NCBI GenBank assembly: GCA_964291655.2
Contig: OZ219802.1
Span: forward strand, 1,600,001 to 1,664,000
Length of the DNA stretch: 64,000 nt
Direction of reading: 5' to 3'
From: Chloroflexota bacterium
GTDB taxonomy: Bacteria; Chloroflexota; UBA11872; VXOZ01
Position 1 is the first letter of the stretch; each line of letters starts with the position of its first letter. The notes below the pieces were generated by a model. That model did no database searches, was not told where the DNA came from, and worked only from the letters and a program-made list of their open reading frames with translations. The position numbers were made by a program, and so were the translations under genes. Below, one piece after another: positions 49,047 to 58,577 of the stretch.

Positions 49047-50063
49047 CTATGGCTTGCTGCCTTCTTCGCCGCCAGAGTTTCCATGCTCGTCGGCAGGCTC
49101 ATGTCGTGTGATCTCAGCAGCAGGAGGAAGACCTAAATTCTCCCTGCGCTTTCGCCGCAAGACCTCAAGAAACCTGCCGAGCCACCGCTGCGTATGCGTG
49201 CCGCTGCTGGGACGCAGGTGTTGCGCGGCGGCCGCCAGGTACGGCTGGCTGATGCGCTGCAGGTAGGCCGGCACGCCTTCCGTGCGGATGGTACCGAGAG
49301 AGTCGCGATAGAAGGAAAAGAGATGCACGTTGCCGAGTTGAATGCCCGCCTGAATCGCGCCCGCCGCAACCAACGATGAGACCACGAACAGCGAACGGTT
49401 CTGCTCGGCTGCCGCTCTATTCATCTCTGTGAATATCTGGGTCATATCGCGCGGGTCGGGGAGTTTTCCCGCATTTTGCCGGAATTGACCCAGGCTGGAG
49501 CGCATTTCATCGATGGCCAGGGGCGGTATGTCTATCGTGTCCGCCATCTGGCCTGAAGTGCCCCCCAGCGCAGCCAGCAAGTCATCTACGGAGGAAACGT
49601 CGGCATCCGCTGCCAAGACGTTCGAACGCTTGAGTTCCTGGACGAAGGCGTCCAGATAGGCGCGGGTGCCGCCGGTTACGTCGGAAGCAGCCGCCAAGAG
49701 CCACAGCGGCGACCATCCCACCGCAAAGAGACTCGCCATCTCTACAGCGTTGCCCGCCAGCTTGCGCACGGCGAGGTCCTTGACGGCGAGCGACTCCGCC
49801 GACTCTCCGCTCGCAACCCCGCCCACAAACTCAACAACAATGCGCAGCATACGGCCAATGGTGGACTGATAGAGCTGGGAGCGCCGCACCGGCGGCGGCA
49901 GGATGAATTCCGACGTCTCATGCACCAGGCCGCCTGCGCCAGCCGCCGTAGTGCGCACCAGCCGCTCCGGCAGGGTTGCCACATAGGTCCCGGCCTCGAG
50001 CGTGCCCTCCTGCAAGCGCTTTGCGACCGATGGCTCCGTGTTGGGATCAGACGGCGCATCCAT
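49047..50063 (-). CDS. hypothetical protein
   Basis: 338-aa ORF, predicted mostly helical, lying 20 bp upstream of coaX; no recognised motif. Confidence 0.7.
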   Translation of the reverse strand: MDAPSDPNTEPSVAKRLQEGTLEAGTYVATLPERLVRTTAAGAGGLVHETSEFILPPPVRRSQLYQSTIGRMLRIVVEFVGGVASGESAESLAVKDLAVRKLAGNAVEMASLFAVGWSPLWLLAAASDVTGGTRAYLDAFVQELKRSNVLAADADVSSVDDLLAALGGTSGQMADTIDIPPLAIDEMRSSLGQFRQNAGKLPDPRDMTQIFTEMNRAAAEQNRSLFVVSSLVAAGAIQAGIQLGNVHLFSFYRDSLGTIRTEGVPAYLQRISQPYLAAAAQHLRPSSGTHTQRWLGRFLEVLRRKRRENLGLPPAAEITRHEPADEHGNSGGEEGSKP

Positions 50064-50267
50064 AAATTCGTTCCGCCCCCGTTACAAAGTTTGCTTAACC
50101 GGTGCTCGCTGCAGCGCACTGACTGCTTCTACAAATATCCTACCACGAGCGGAACACGGGGCCGTTTGGGCCTGTGCGAAGGCATGTGCGAGCGGCGTTT
50201 CTATGAGGCTGCGCATCCGCAAGGCTGACTACATCTCGAGCCAATGCATGCCGCGTAGTGTCATTCC

Positions 50268-50630
50268 TGTAAGATTCGGGTGATTCGTAGACAGCATTCG
50301 CATTCCATTCTGAAGAGTAGACGGTCCATGGCATTCCTGTAATTGTCAGGTAATTCGTTGACAGATTTGAGAACAAAAGCAGCTGAACGCAGTACTCTAC
50401 ATGAACAGTACACATGTCATTCCGAACGGAGCGCAGCGAAGAGTCGCTCGGAGCGCGGAATCTAAGATGTTGAGCCTATTGGGCGACACGTTGCATGGGC
50501 CCTAGATTCCGCGAGCCCTGTTCGACGCTCCGCTCGGAATGACATGATCTGTCAACACTGCCAATTTGGGAGAGAATTCTGTCAACGAATTACTCAACAT
50601 TTACAATTCCGAGCGCAGCGAGGAATCTAA
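50268..50630 (-). mobile_element. partial older copy of the TGTA-ended MITE in opposite orientation (outer element of a nested pair)
   Basis: 50268-50337 aligns with the reverse complement of the right end of copy 1. The sequence resumes at 50606 with the rest of its internal REP. Confidence 0.65.
50338..50605 (+). mobile_element. TGTA-ended MITE (copy 3)
   Basis: TIRs TGTAATTGTCAGGTAATTCGTTGACAG and (rc) TGTAAATGTTGAGTAATTCGTTGACAG, with a perfect ATTCC direct repeat. Confidence 0.88.
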
Positions 50631-50884
50631 GACGTACGCCTTCATCCAATGCCGCCAGCCTGCGGCGAGCGTTAGGCCCCAAAGCAATACGAGCGTCAAT
50701 CAAGGGTCCGCTGTGTAGCACAATGCAGTCCGCGCCGGGCATGCCGGCAAGCCTGAGTTGAGCTTGCCGCAGTGTTCTCATGAGTCTCATCTAAGCACAT
50801 ACGGCTGTTACGTCCGGCAATGTATAATCGTAGGCAGCACTTCACCCAGATCAGCTAACACCAACAAAAGACAAGGAAACCGCC

Positions 50885-51703
50885 ATGGCAGCAGGAGCCG
50901 CAACCCAAACCACCGCCAGTCCGCTCCGCGAGCAAGCGCTCGATGGAACACCCCTTCACGGCACGCTAGTAATCGATAACCACTGCCACTTGGGCCCGGC
51001 GCCGCACTTCTACCAGACCTACAACGACGCCGCGGGCATGGTGGCCACCATGGACCGCGTCGGCATGGACCAGGCGTGTGTGTTTTCATCCATGGCGATC
51101 CTGTTCGACATGCGCGAGGGCAACGACATGAGCCTGGATGCCGCCCGGCAGTTCCCCGGGCGTCTGCTGGCCTACGGCGTCCCCGATCCCCACGAGGCGG
51201 AACTGGTGCGCGATGAGTTGCAACGGTGCATAGATGCCGGCGCGGTGGGTATCAAGATGCATGCGGGTGTGTCCCAATACCCCTTCGACGGCCCCGGCTA
51301 TCGGCCCGCGTTCGAGCTGGCCGACCGCCACCGCCTGCCCCTTATCAGCCACGGCACGGGCACCCCGGACACGCTGCGCCGCATTGCCCGCGAATACCCC
51401 GGCTGCCACTTTATTGTGGCCCACGCCGCCGGTGCTAGTCCCAGCAAGACCATGGACCTGGTAATGGTGGCGGCCGAGGAACCGAACGTCTACCTGGATA
51501 CGGCGGCCTCCGTCGGCTACTTGGGCGACTTCACCGAGATGGTGCGCCTCGCCGGCGCGAACAAGATCCTCTACGGCTCCGATATGCCCTGGACCTGCGC
51601 CACCTACCAACTCGGCCGCGTCCTCCTCTCCCCCATCACCGAGGCGGAAAAGAAGCTCATCCTCGGCGAAAACCTGGCGGAATTGTTCAAGACCAAGTGC
51701 TAG
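50885..51703 (+). CDS. amidohydrolase_2 family protein
   Basis: IDNHCHLG, GIKMH, VAH, PNVYLD and ILYGSDMP motifs. Confidence 0.9.
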   Translation: MAAGAATQTTASPLREQALDGTPLHGTLVIDNHCHLGPAPHFYQTYNDAAGMVATMDRVGMDQACVFSSMAILFDMREGNDMSLDAARQFPGRLLAYGVPDPHEAELVRDELQRCIDAGAVGIKMHAGVSQYPFDGPGYRPAFELADRHRLPLISHGTGTPDTLRRIAREYPGCHFIVAHAAGASPSKTMDLVMVAAEEPNVYLDTAASVGYLGDFTEMVRLAGANKILYGSDMPWTCATYQLGRVLLSPITEAEKKLILGENLAELFKTKC

Positions 51704-51889
51704 GGAACGGTGCACTTTACAACGATTCGACAAGCTCTCTTGCAAGTCTGACATATTCACCGCGTAATGCGAATGATCCGTCATTCCCGCGAATGCGGGA
51801 ATCCATCTTCAATGCCTTTTGGTTTTGTATAGCAGCACGACTCAGAGTCGCTGTCCAAAATCTGGGATTACCTACTTGGGCGTGCGCGG

Positions 51890-52044
51890 CAAGAGCCGAG
51901 TTCGTGCGTCTCGCTGGCATGGCCCACTGCCCCGCCCGCCAAGTCCTGGACGACGGCATCACCAAAATCCTCAACCTCCCCGACCTCAGCACCCTCCGCC
52001 ACCTCCTCGCCTCCGAACCCATCATCTCCAACCGGCGGCTATAA
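51890..52044 (+). pseudogene. C-terminal remnant of an unidentified gene
   Basis: Coding-like third-position bias (LDDGITKILNLPDLSTLRHLLASEPIISNRRL*) with no credible start. Confidence 0.4.
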
Positions 52045-52098
52045 ACCGTACTGAGAGTGGGTGGCTCCAACATGAGTGATTTCCAGTGAGGAACAAAA

Positions 52099-52323
52099 GT
52101 GATAGACATTACGCTTAGTGCTGACGAAAGCTTGCTTGAAACGGCGCGGCGACGGGCTGTAGCGGAGGGGACGACTCTGGATGCGCTCTCTCGGCGGTGG
52201 CTGGCGGAGTACGTGGGGCGGGAGCGGCAGGCTGAGGCGGCGATGGCGGCTATTCGGGAGTTGCAGGAGACGATCGATACCGGCGGGCGCAAGTTCACGC
52301 GGGATGAGATGAACGAGCGGTAG
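52099..52323 (+). CDS. putative antitoxin (DUF6364/VapB-like), orphan
   Basis: ITLSADESLLETARRRA...GRKFTRDEMNER is typical of antitoxins that precede PIN toxins; GAGGA RBS present. Confidence 0.7.
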   Translation: MIDITLSADESLLETARRRAVAEGTTLDALSRRWLAEYVGRERQAEAAMAAIRELQETIDTGGRKFTRDEMNER

Positions 52324-52577
52324 TGAGTGATTAGTCTCATGTGTGCTGGTCTACCGTTCAAAGAGAAGGCCGGTCAAAGAGAAGATGGATTCCCGCTTTC
52401 GCGGGAATGACGGACTACGCGCCCCTCGCGTTACCCTCTTAACCCTTGCTCTTTTGCACGTCTTCTCCAACACAAAAATGACGGACTACGAGGCGCAGTC
52501 TTTACCTTCCGTACTTGGGGCATCTATTGTGGTTAAGTACGCAGTGAATTCGATGCAGCATTCGACAGGAGCAATTC

Positions 52578-52949
52578 ATGGAACTCGGAGCATTCTCAGT
52601 GAGTTTGGCGGTGAAGGACATCGCGGCTTCGCGGAAGTTTTATGCGAAGTTTGGGTTTGAGGTCGTGGGCGGCGATGCGGCGCAGCATTGGCTCATTCTC
52701 AGGAACGGCACCACCACGATTGGGCTCTTTCAGGGGATGTTCGAGCAGAATATCCTCACCTTCAATCCGGGGTGGGACTGGCAGGCGCAGCCGGTGGAGA
52801 GTTTTTCCGACGTGCGCGAGTTGCAGCGGCAGCTCAAGGCGCAGGGCGTGGAGCTCATGAACGAGGCGGATGAGGACACCACCGGCCCGGCGAGCTTTGT
52901 GGCGGTGGACCCGGACGGCAATGCCATCCTGGTGGACCAGCACATTTGA
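52578..52949 (+). CDS. VOC/glyoxalase family protein
   Basis: [13 protein letters not shown]...FY and [12 protein letters not shown] motifs. Confidence 0.92.
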   Translation: MELGAFSVSLAVKDIAASRKFYAKFGFEVVGGDAAQHWLILRNGTTTIGLFQGMFEQNILTFNPGWDWQAQPVESFSDVRELQRQLKAQGVELMNEADEDTTGPASFVAVDPDGNAILVDQHI

Positions 52950-53074
52950 GTCTGCGGGCATACTGTTGTCCCAAGACTGATGTGCACCGGTTAAGAGGGT
53001 CTCTGGCGGGTAGCGTTGTTTGCGAAAAGATAAACATGCGATAATAAGAGAACCGATTATTCTCACTATCGCTA

Positions 53075-54247
53075 ATGGGAAGCGCCGTGGAAACTGCGTC
53101 CGAAACCAACCGCCGTCCTCACGGTCGTCTCGTAAACTGTCCAGGCGGCTACCGGGCGTATGTGCCGTTTCCCTTGCCGCCGCCTCTGACGTGGGGGCAA
53201 GAACTCACCATCTGCCTCTCTCCAGCCGACCGGGCTATTGGCGAGCTCGCGGCTGAAGGTAGGCGGCTTCCCAATCCCCATCTTCTGCTCCGGCCTTTCG
53301 TGCGCAAGGAGGCCGTTCTCTCCAGCCGCATCGAGGGAACTCAAACGACCCTCGAGGAACTGCTGGCCGCCGAGGCTGGCGCGGCCGGAGTGCACGGATC
53401 TGCCGATCTGCGGGAGGTGGCCAACTACGTTACGGCCTTGGAGTACGGACTAGAACGACTCAAGACCTTGCCCGTATCGTTGCGCCTGGTGCGAGAGTTG
53501 CACGAAGCGCTCATGCGGGGCGTGCGGGGAGACGTCGCCACACCCGGGGAGTTTCGGCGCAGCCAGAATTGGATCGGGCCGCCCGGATGCACCCTGAACG
53601 AAGCTACATACGTCCCGCCGCCGCCAGCGGACATCATGGCCTGCCTGGACGCCTGGGAACGGTTTCTCCACAACGACGCCCTGCCTCCGCTCATTCACGC
53701 CGGTCTGGCGCATGCCCAATTCGAGGCGATACATCCCTTTCTCGACGGTAACGGGCGCGTGGGCCGCCTGCTCATCACACTGCTGCTCATCGAGCGGGAA
53801 ATCATCTCTTCCCCACTGCTCTATCTAAGCGCTTTCTTCGAGACTACGCGGGAAGAGTACTACGCGCGCCTGCTGGGTGTGACGGCGCGCGGCGCATGGG
53901 AAGAGTGGTTAACCTATTTCCTGAGAGGTGTCGCACTCCAGTCACAGGACGCTGTGGAACGGATTCGACGCATCGACCACCACTTCTCTCGCTGGAAACA
54001 AGAGATGGCACGCGGTCGGTCTCAGCTCCCGGTAAGGGCGCTCGACCTCTTTGCCGAGAATCCCTTCTGGACAGTGGGCGGCGTCGCAAGCAGGCTGGAG
54101 GTGGCGTTCACGACCGCGCAACGCGCCCTCGACCGGTTAGAGGCGGCGGGCATCGTTTCCCAGGTTGGGCGGAGACGGCGCAATCGCGTCTATCGAGCTG
54201 AGAAGATCCTCAGTGTGCTGGAGGAGCCGCTGCGCCTGGCAAAGTAG
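53075..54247 (+). CDS. Fic family protein with C-terminal wHTH
   Basis: EAVLSSRIEG, PGEFRRSQNWIG and canonical HPFLDGNGRVGR. Confidence 0.93.
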   Translation: MGSAVETASETNRRPHGRLVNCPGGYRAYVPFPLPPPLTWGQELTICLSPADRAIGELAAEGRRLPNPHLLLRPFVRKEAVLSSRIEGTQTTLEELLAAEAGAAGVHGSADLREVANYVTALEYGLERLKTLPVSLRLVRELHEALMRGVRGDVATPGEFRRSQNWIGPPGCTLNEATYVPPPPADIMACLDAWERFLHNDALPPLIHAGLAHAQFEAIHPFLDGNGRVGRLLITLLLIEREIISSPLLYLSAFFETTREEYYARLLGVTARGAWEEWLTYFLRGVALQSQDAVERIRRIDHHFSRWKQEMARGRSQLPVRALDLFAENPFWTVGGVASRLEVAFTTAQRALDRLEAAGIVSQVGRRRRNRVYRAEKILSVLEEPLRLAK

Positions 54248-54327
54248 AGACTTTGAACATGCAGACAATGCGCCGCTGCCTACTATGGCCAATAGCGGCG
54301 CTTGGAGAGAGACCTAGTCACGCTGCG

Positions 54328-55392
54328 TTACGCTGGAACAAACGCCAAGTACACCTGCGCGTGCCCGGTGATGTCCGACGTGTAGACCACAGCGCTGCCG
54401 TCGGGGGTGTACGACGGGTGGGGGTGCGACCACTGGGGTCCGTAGGCGTCGTCGGGCGCGGTCTCGCCGAAATACGGCAGCGGTTCCGCCCACTGGAATC
54501 CTTGCGAGGAGGCTTGCGGGTAGCAGAGCGCCTCGCGAGCGCCGGACGTCGGATCGATGAGTTGCAGCCCCACGTCGGGCAGTGTGGTGTCGCAGACGAT
54601 TTGCGCACCGTCGCGGCGGGGCGCGGGATGCCAACAATTGAACGCCGCTACGTCACGTTCGCCACTGCCGTCGCGGCGGATGGCTTTCAGCGCGTGCGGC
54701 CAATAGGTAAAGATGATCTCGTCGTTGGAGAGCCAGGCTTCGTGGGTAATCCACTCTTCACGGGTCTGGTCGCGCAGCGGACGCGGGTTCGAGCCGTCGG
54801 CTTCCACCAGCCACATGCGCGGTAGGTCGGACGAAAAGAGCACCGTGCGCCCATCGGGACTCCACTGCGCGTGGGCCACAAGCTGATCGGTGCCGAAGAG
54901 CACGCGTTCGCCGCCGCCATCGGTGCGTACCACCAGGATGATGTTCTTGCCGTCCCTCTGGGCCGCCAGCAGGATTTCCGAGCCGTCGGGGCTAATCGAG
55001 CAGTTGCCGAGCCAAGACGAGGGCGGCAGGTTCGTGAGCACCCTCTCTTGGAGCGTTGCCGTGTCAATGGCGCGCAACTGGGTCGTCGCGGCATAGTAGA
55101 CGTGTTTGCCGTCGGGCGAAACGCACGCCGACCACGGTGAAACGTCACCGCTCGTCGTGAGTTGCTGCAGTGCGCCGTCAGGTAACTGAATGCCGTAGAG
55201 ATTGGGCGCGCCGGCGCGGTACGACGTGATGATAAGCATGTCGTGGGTGGCCCCAGCCCAGGCGGGATTGAGAAAGTACGGCGCGTGATTCACGCACGGC
55301 GCGTCGGTCAATTGCCAGATGGCAGCGCCGGTCCGCTCGTCTTGGAGTACTTTCTTTTCGGTTGGTAATTGCGTGGCTATGCTCATCTTCAC
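54328..55392 (-). CDS. oligogalacturonate lyase / TolB-like beta-propeller protein
   Basis: DERTGAAIWQLT, repeated SPDG turns, THEAW and HPHPSYTPDG. Confidence 0.8.
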   Translation of the reverse strand: MKMSIATQLPTEKKVLQDERTGAAIWQLTDAPCVNHAPYFLNPAWAGATHDMLIITSYRAGAPNLYGIQLPDGALQQLTTSGDVSPWSACVSPDGKHVYYAATTQLRAIDTATLQERVLTNLPPSSWLGNCSISPDGSEILLAAQRDGKNIILVVRTDGGGERVLFGTDQLVAHAQWSPDGRTVLFSSDLPRMWLVEADGSNPRPLRDQTREEWITHEAWLSNDEIIFTYWPHALKAIRRDGSGERDVAAFNCWHPAPRRDGAQIVCDTTLPDVGLQLIDPTSGAREALCYPQASSQGFQWAEPLPYFGETAPDDAYGPQWSHPHPSYTPDGSAVVYTSDITGHAQVYLAFVPA

Positions 55393-55701
55393 TCCTCTTT
55401 CGCTGCTTTACTTGGCTCATCGTTGCCTATGCAGGAAACATTGCTTGCGCGATACTGTCTAACAGGCAGGATAGGACTTTGGCCGGCCAAATGGGCACCC
55501 TCACTCCGGCCCTCACCCACGGAAAGACTTGCCTAGACCTTGCCGAGGCGAGACAGTCTCCACTCATGAGGGAGACCATTGCGTAGTTACCAGTGTAGGG
55601 GCGAAAATTAGGTAATTCAACCCCAAGTCGTGGGGAGGGCGCAATGCAGCGCGAATTGCGTCGACCGTCACTGGCGGGGTTCTTACTGCCGGAGTCGTTG
55701 T

Positions 55702-55956
55702 TGTATGTGTTGAGTAATTCGCTGACTAAAACCTCTACTCACTGGACTGTGTCGAACGTACATGTCATTCCGAGCGAAGCGTCGAACCCTGTTCGCGGAA
55801 TCTAGGGTCCATGCTTTACACAGCACAATGGCTTCAGCACTCTATATTCCTCACTCCGCTGCGCTCCGTTCGGAATGACATGAATGTAGGCAAGCGCAGA
55901 GTCTTACCCCCGTGACTCTTCTACCAAATCTGTCAACGAATTACCTGACTCTTACA
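55702..55956 (-). mobile_element. TGTA-ended MITE (copy 4, inverted)
   Basis: Ends TGTATGTGTTGAGTAATTCGCTGAC and CTGTCAACGAATTACCTGACTCTTACA. Flanks GTTGT/GTTGG; internal REP doublet present. Confidence 0.8.
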
Positions 55957-56059
55957 GTTGGGACACAGTGAAGCGAGCGGTTGATAGAGGAGTGGGTGGC
56001 CACGTTGATGCGGGGACTGTGATGAAGGCTGACTTCGTCAAGGACACCCACTTTGGCTG

Positions 56060-56230
56060 CCAAACGCACGGAGAGGTAGAAAGTAGGACGCAGTATCGGG
56101 GTACGGCTACCAGCGGATACAGTACCGTGGACTGGAACGCGACGCCATGACTGTGTGACTAGCAGTGCGGCCAGCGCTGACGGCATGCAACTTGAGGAAG
56201 GTGGTGGCACTAACGGCAGAGGCAAGATAG
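56060..56230 (+). pseudogene. degraded IS5/IS1182-like transposase C-terminal remnant
   Basis: One frame reads GYGYQRIQYRGLERDAMTV*LAVRPALTACNLRK, like the Y-R-G-L...N-L tail of these transposases. Confidence 0.4.
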
Positions 56231-56499
56231 AGTGTAACCACAGGGGAAAGAGCAGAGGATTCGCGCTCGCCACGGCAATAAAGGCACAATCAAGACCGTT
56301 CTGCCAGCGATCTGAGGCTGCGGGCAGAACAGGAAGCTGTGTTACCCAACCCAAAGAGCCGCGCCGCATGCCGCACCGGAGTAGTGCAAGGGTCTCCGCC
56401 GGGAGAGTGAGTAGTTCTTGAGAGCGCGAAATTCCTTGTCCTGCATGGACAAACAGGCTGTTTCCCGTCACGTCTTGTTTAGCACAAGGAGGACCACGC

Positions 56500-57462
56500 A
56501 TGAGAGTAGGATTTGGTCAATTCCGTGACCCGTCGCCGGAATATCTCCAATTCGCCGCGCAATACGGCGCAACGGACGTGCTGGTGAACACGGCGAACTT
56601 GCCGGGCGACAACGGGCGCTGGGAGCTGGACGACCTCGTGAAGCTCCGCGAGACCATCGAGCAATACGGCCTAAAGCTCTCGGCCTTGGAAAACGTGCCG
56701 GTCGAGTTCTACGACCACGTGATGCTGGGCGGTCCGCGCCGCGATGAACAGATTGAGAACATGGTCGCCACTATCCGCAACATGGCACGGGCGGGTATTC
56801 CAATCTTTGGCTATCATTGGATGCCGTCGCACGTCTGGCGCACCACGCCTGCGGAGATTCGCTGTGGAGCCGTCGCGACCGCCTTCGACTACGCCGAGGC
56901 CGAGCAAGAGCCGATCAGTCACGGGCGCGAGTACACCGAAGAGGAAGTCTGGGAAAACCTGGAATACTGGATCAAGCTCATCACGCCCATCGCCGAGGAA
57001 GAAGGCATCCGCCTGGGCATTCATCCCTGCGATCCGCCCATGGAGCGGCTCGGCGGCATTCCCCTGCTCTTCCGCAATTTCGACTCTTACAAGCGGCTGA
57101 TCGAGATCTATCCTTCCGATTACAACGCCATCGAGTTCTGCCAGGGCACATTTGCCGAGATGCAGGGCGAGGATATCTACGAGATGATTCGCTATTTTGG
57201 CGAGCGCAAGAAGATTCTTTATGTCCACTTCCGCAACGTCTCGAGTCCGGTGCCGAAGTTCCAGGAAGAGTTCATCAACACCGGCTACGTGGACATGCAC
57301 AAGACGATGCAGATCTACCACGAAGTGGGCTTCGATGGCTTCTTCATCGACGACCACGTGCCGCAGACCGACGGCGATTCAGCCTGGGGCCACCGCGGCC
57401 GGGCGTTTGCCAACGGCTACATCCAAGCGTTGATTGACGTGGTGACGAAAGAGGGGAACTAG
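56500..57462 (+). CDS. uxuA: mannonate dehydratase family protein
   Basis: ALENVP, GYHWMP, GIHPCDPP, FCQG, YVHFRNV and DDHVP motifs. Confidence 0.88.
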   Translation: MRVGFGQFRDPSPEYLQFAAQYGATDVLVNTANLPGDNGRWELDDLVKLRETIEQYGLKLSALENVPVEFYDHVMLGGPRRDEQIENMVATIRNMARAGIPIFGYHWMPSHVWRTTPAEIRCGAVATAFDYAEAEQEPISHGREYTEEEVWENLEYWIKLITPIAEEEGIRLGIHPCDPPMERLGGIPLLFRNFDSYKRLIEIYPSDYNAIEFCQGTFAEMQGEDIYEMIRYFGERKKILYVHFRNVSSPVPKFQEEFINTGYVDMHKTMQIYHEVGFDGFFIDDHVPQTDGDSAWGHRGRAFANGYIQALIDVVTKEGN

Positions 57463-57503
57463 CGTTCTGTGTCTGAAGTCCAATTTGCTGGCTGTTAGTC
57501 ATT

Positions 57504-58157
57504 TTATTTGCGCCTTCGAAACTTCTCCCTGAGCGGATAGATGTCAAATGATGCCCAGCAAGACGTGGCAAGGTGGGCACCGGAAGGAGGAAAGCCCGCC
57601 TGGATCATCTTCAAGCCCCGTGCATCAAGGAACTCAACAGCCGGAACAAAGTCGCTGTCGGATGAAACGACAACGCCAACGTCGTAGGCTTCCTCCCATG
57701 CAAGGCGAACCATATCCGTTACCATAGCGGTGTCGATGCCTTTTTCTTCTGTCGCAGCTATCCGCTCATTGCAATGGGGACACCGTTCGATTGACCTCTT
57801 GCATTTTGGGCATGTAGGGACACGTTTCGGGCGTCTTTCTTTTACCACTACCTGTATGCCTGGCTGTCGGTCAAGCCATGTCGTCAACCACGTCCTGAGA
57901 GGAGCATCTGCTTCGCCAACTCTGTACGAGGCATAGACTATAGCGCCATCGTACGAGTAATCCTGCAGGCCGACTATGTTTGCAGCTTCGGAGGCCATGA
58001 TGCGAGGGAATAAGGCCCAGTCTAGATCGAAACGGGCGTCGGCATTACCGACATATTTGCCCTCTCTGCTATTGAGCGAAATCTGGAGATTCCAGAAGTC
58101 AATAAACACTCTTATGCGGTCTCGTCTGTGTGGCTGCAATTGTTGTTCGATAGCCAT
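57504..58157 (-). CDS. NYN (LabA/DUF88 PIN-like) domain protein with zinc-ribbon insert
   Basis: VFIDFWN, EEKGIDTAMVTD and SSDSDFVPAV motifs, with a CPKC...CPHC insertion. Confidence 0.88.
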   Translation of the reverse strand: MAIEQQLQPHRRDRIRVFIDFWNLQISLNSREGKYVGNADARFDLDWALFPRIMASEAANIVGLQDYSYDGAIVYASYRVGEADAPLRTWLTTWLDRQPGIQVVVKERRPKRVPTCPKCKRSIERCPHCNERIAATEEKGIDTAMVTDMVRLAWEEAYDVGVVVSSDSDFVPAVEFLDARGLKMIQAGFPPSGAHLATSCWASFDIYPLREKFRRRK

Positions 58158-58577
58158 GAGCGCAAATATGATTCAAGGGGTGCATTATGGATAACGCACC
58201 CCTTGGGGATAGAACTATCAGCAGCCGCCCAAAAGGGTTACTTTAACGCCGCTGATGGGCTTATATGCCTATATTATAGACTATCGAATCGAAATAGTGC
58301 CAAGAATTATTCACTCTGGAGGCTTCTGGCACTACTCTTGCGGAAAAGAAGGGCTGGTTCATTGCCAATTTCGGCGTCACTTCTTCGCAGGATTTCTTAC
58401 AGGATTCTGCGGTTTTCCAGGTCTCCGCACTATAGGAGTATCATACATTGAGTAGATTTCGACTGAGAATCTAAGCAAGAATTGGGCCCTTCGCCTCCCG
58501 CAACGCGTCCGTTTTCTCACGTTCAGCATTACCCGCTGAATTCCTCACTTCTCCCAATAGCACAATAAGGAGCAAGC

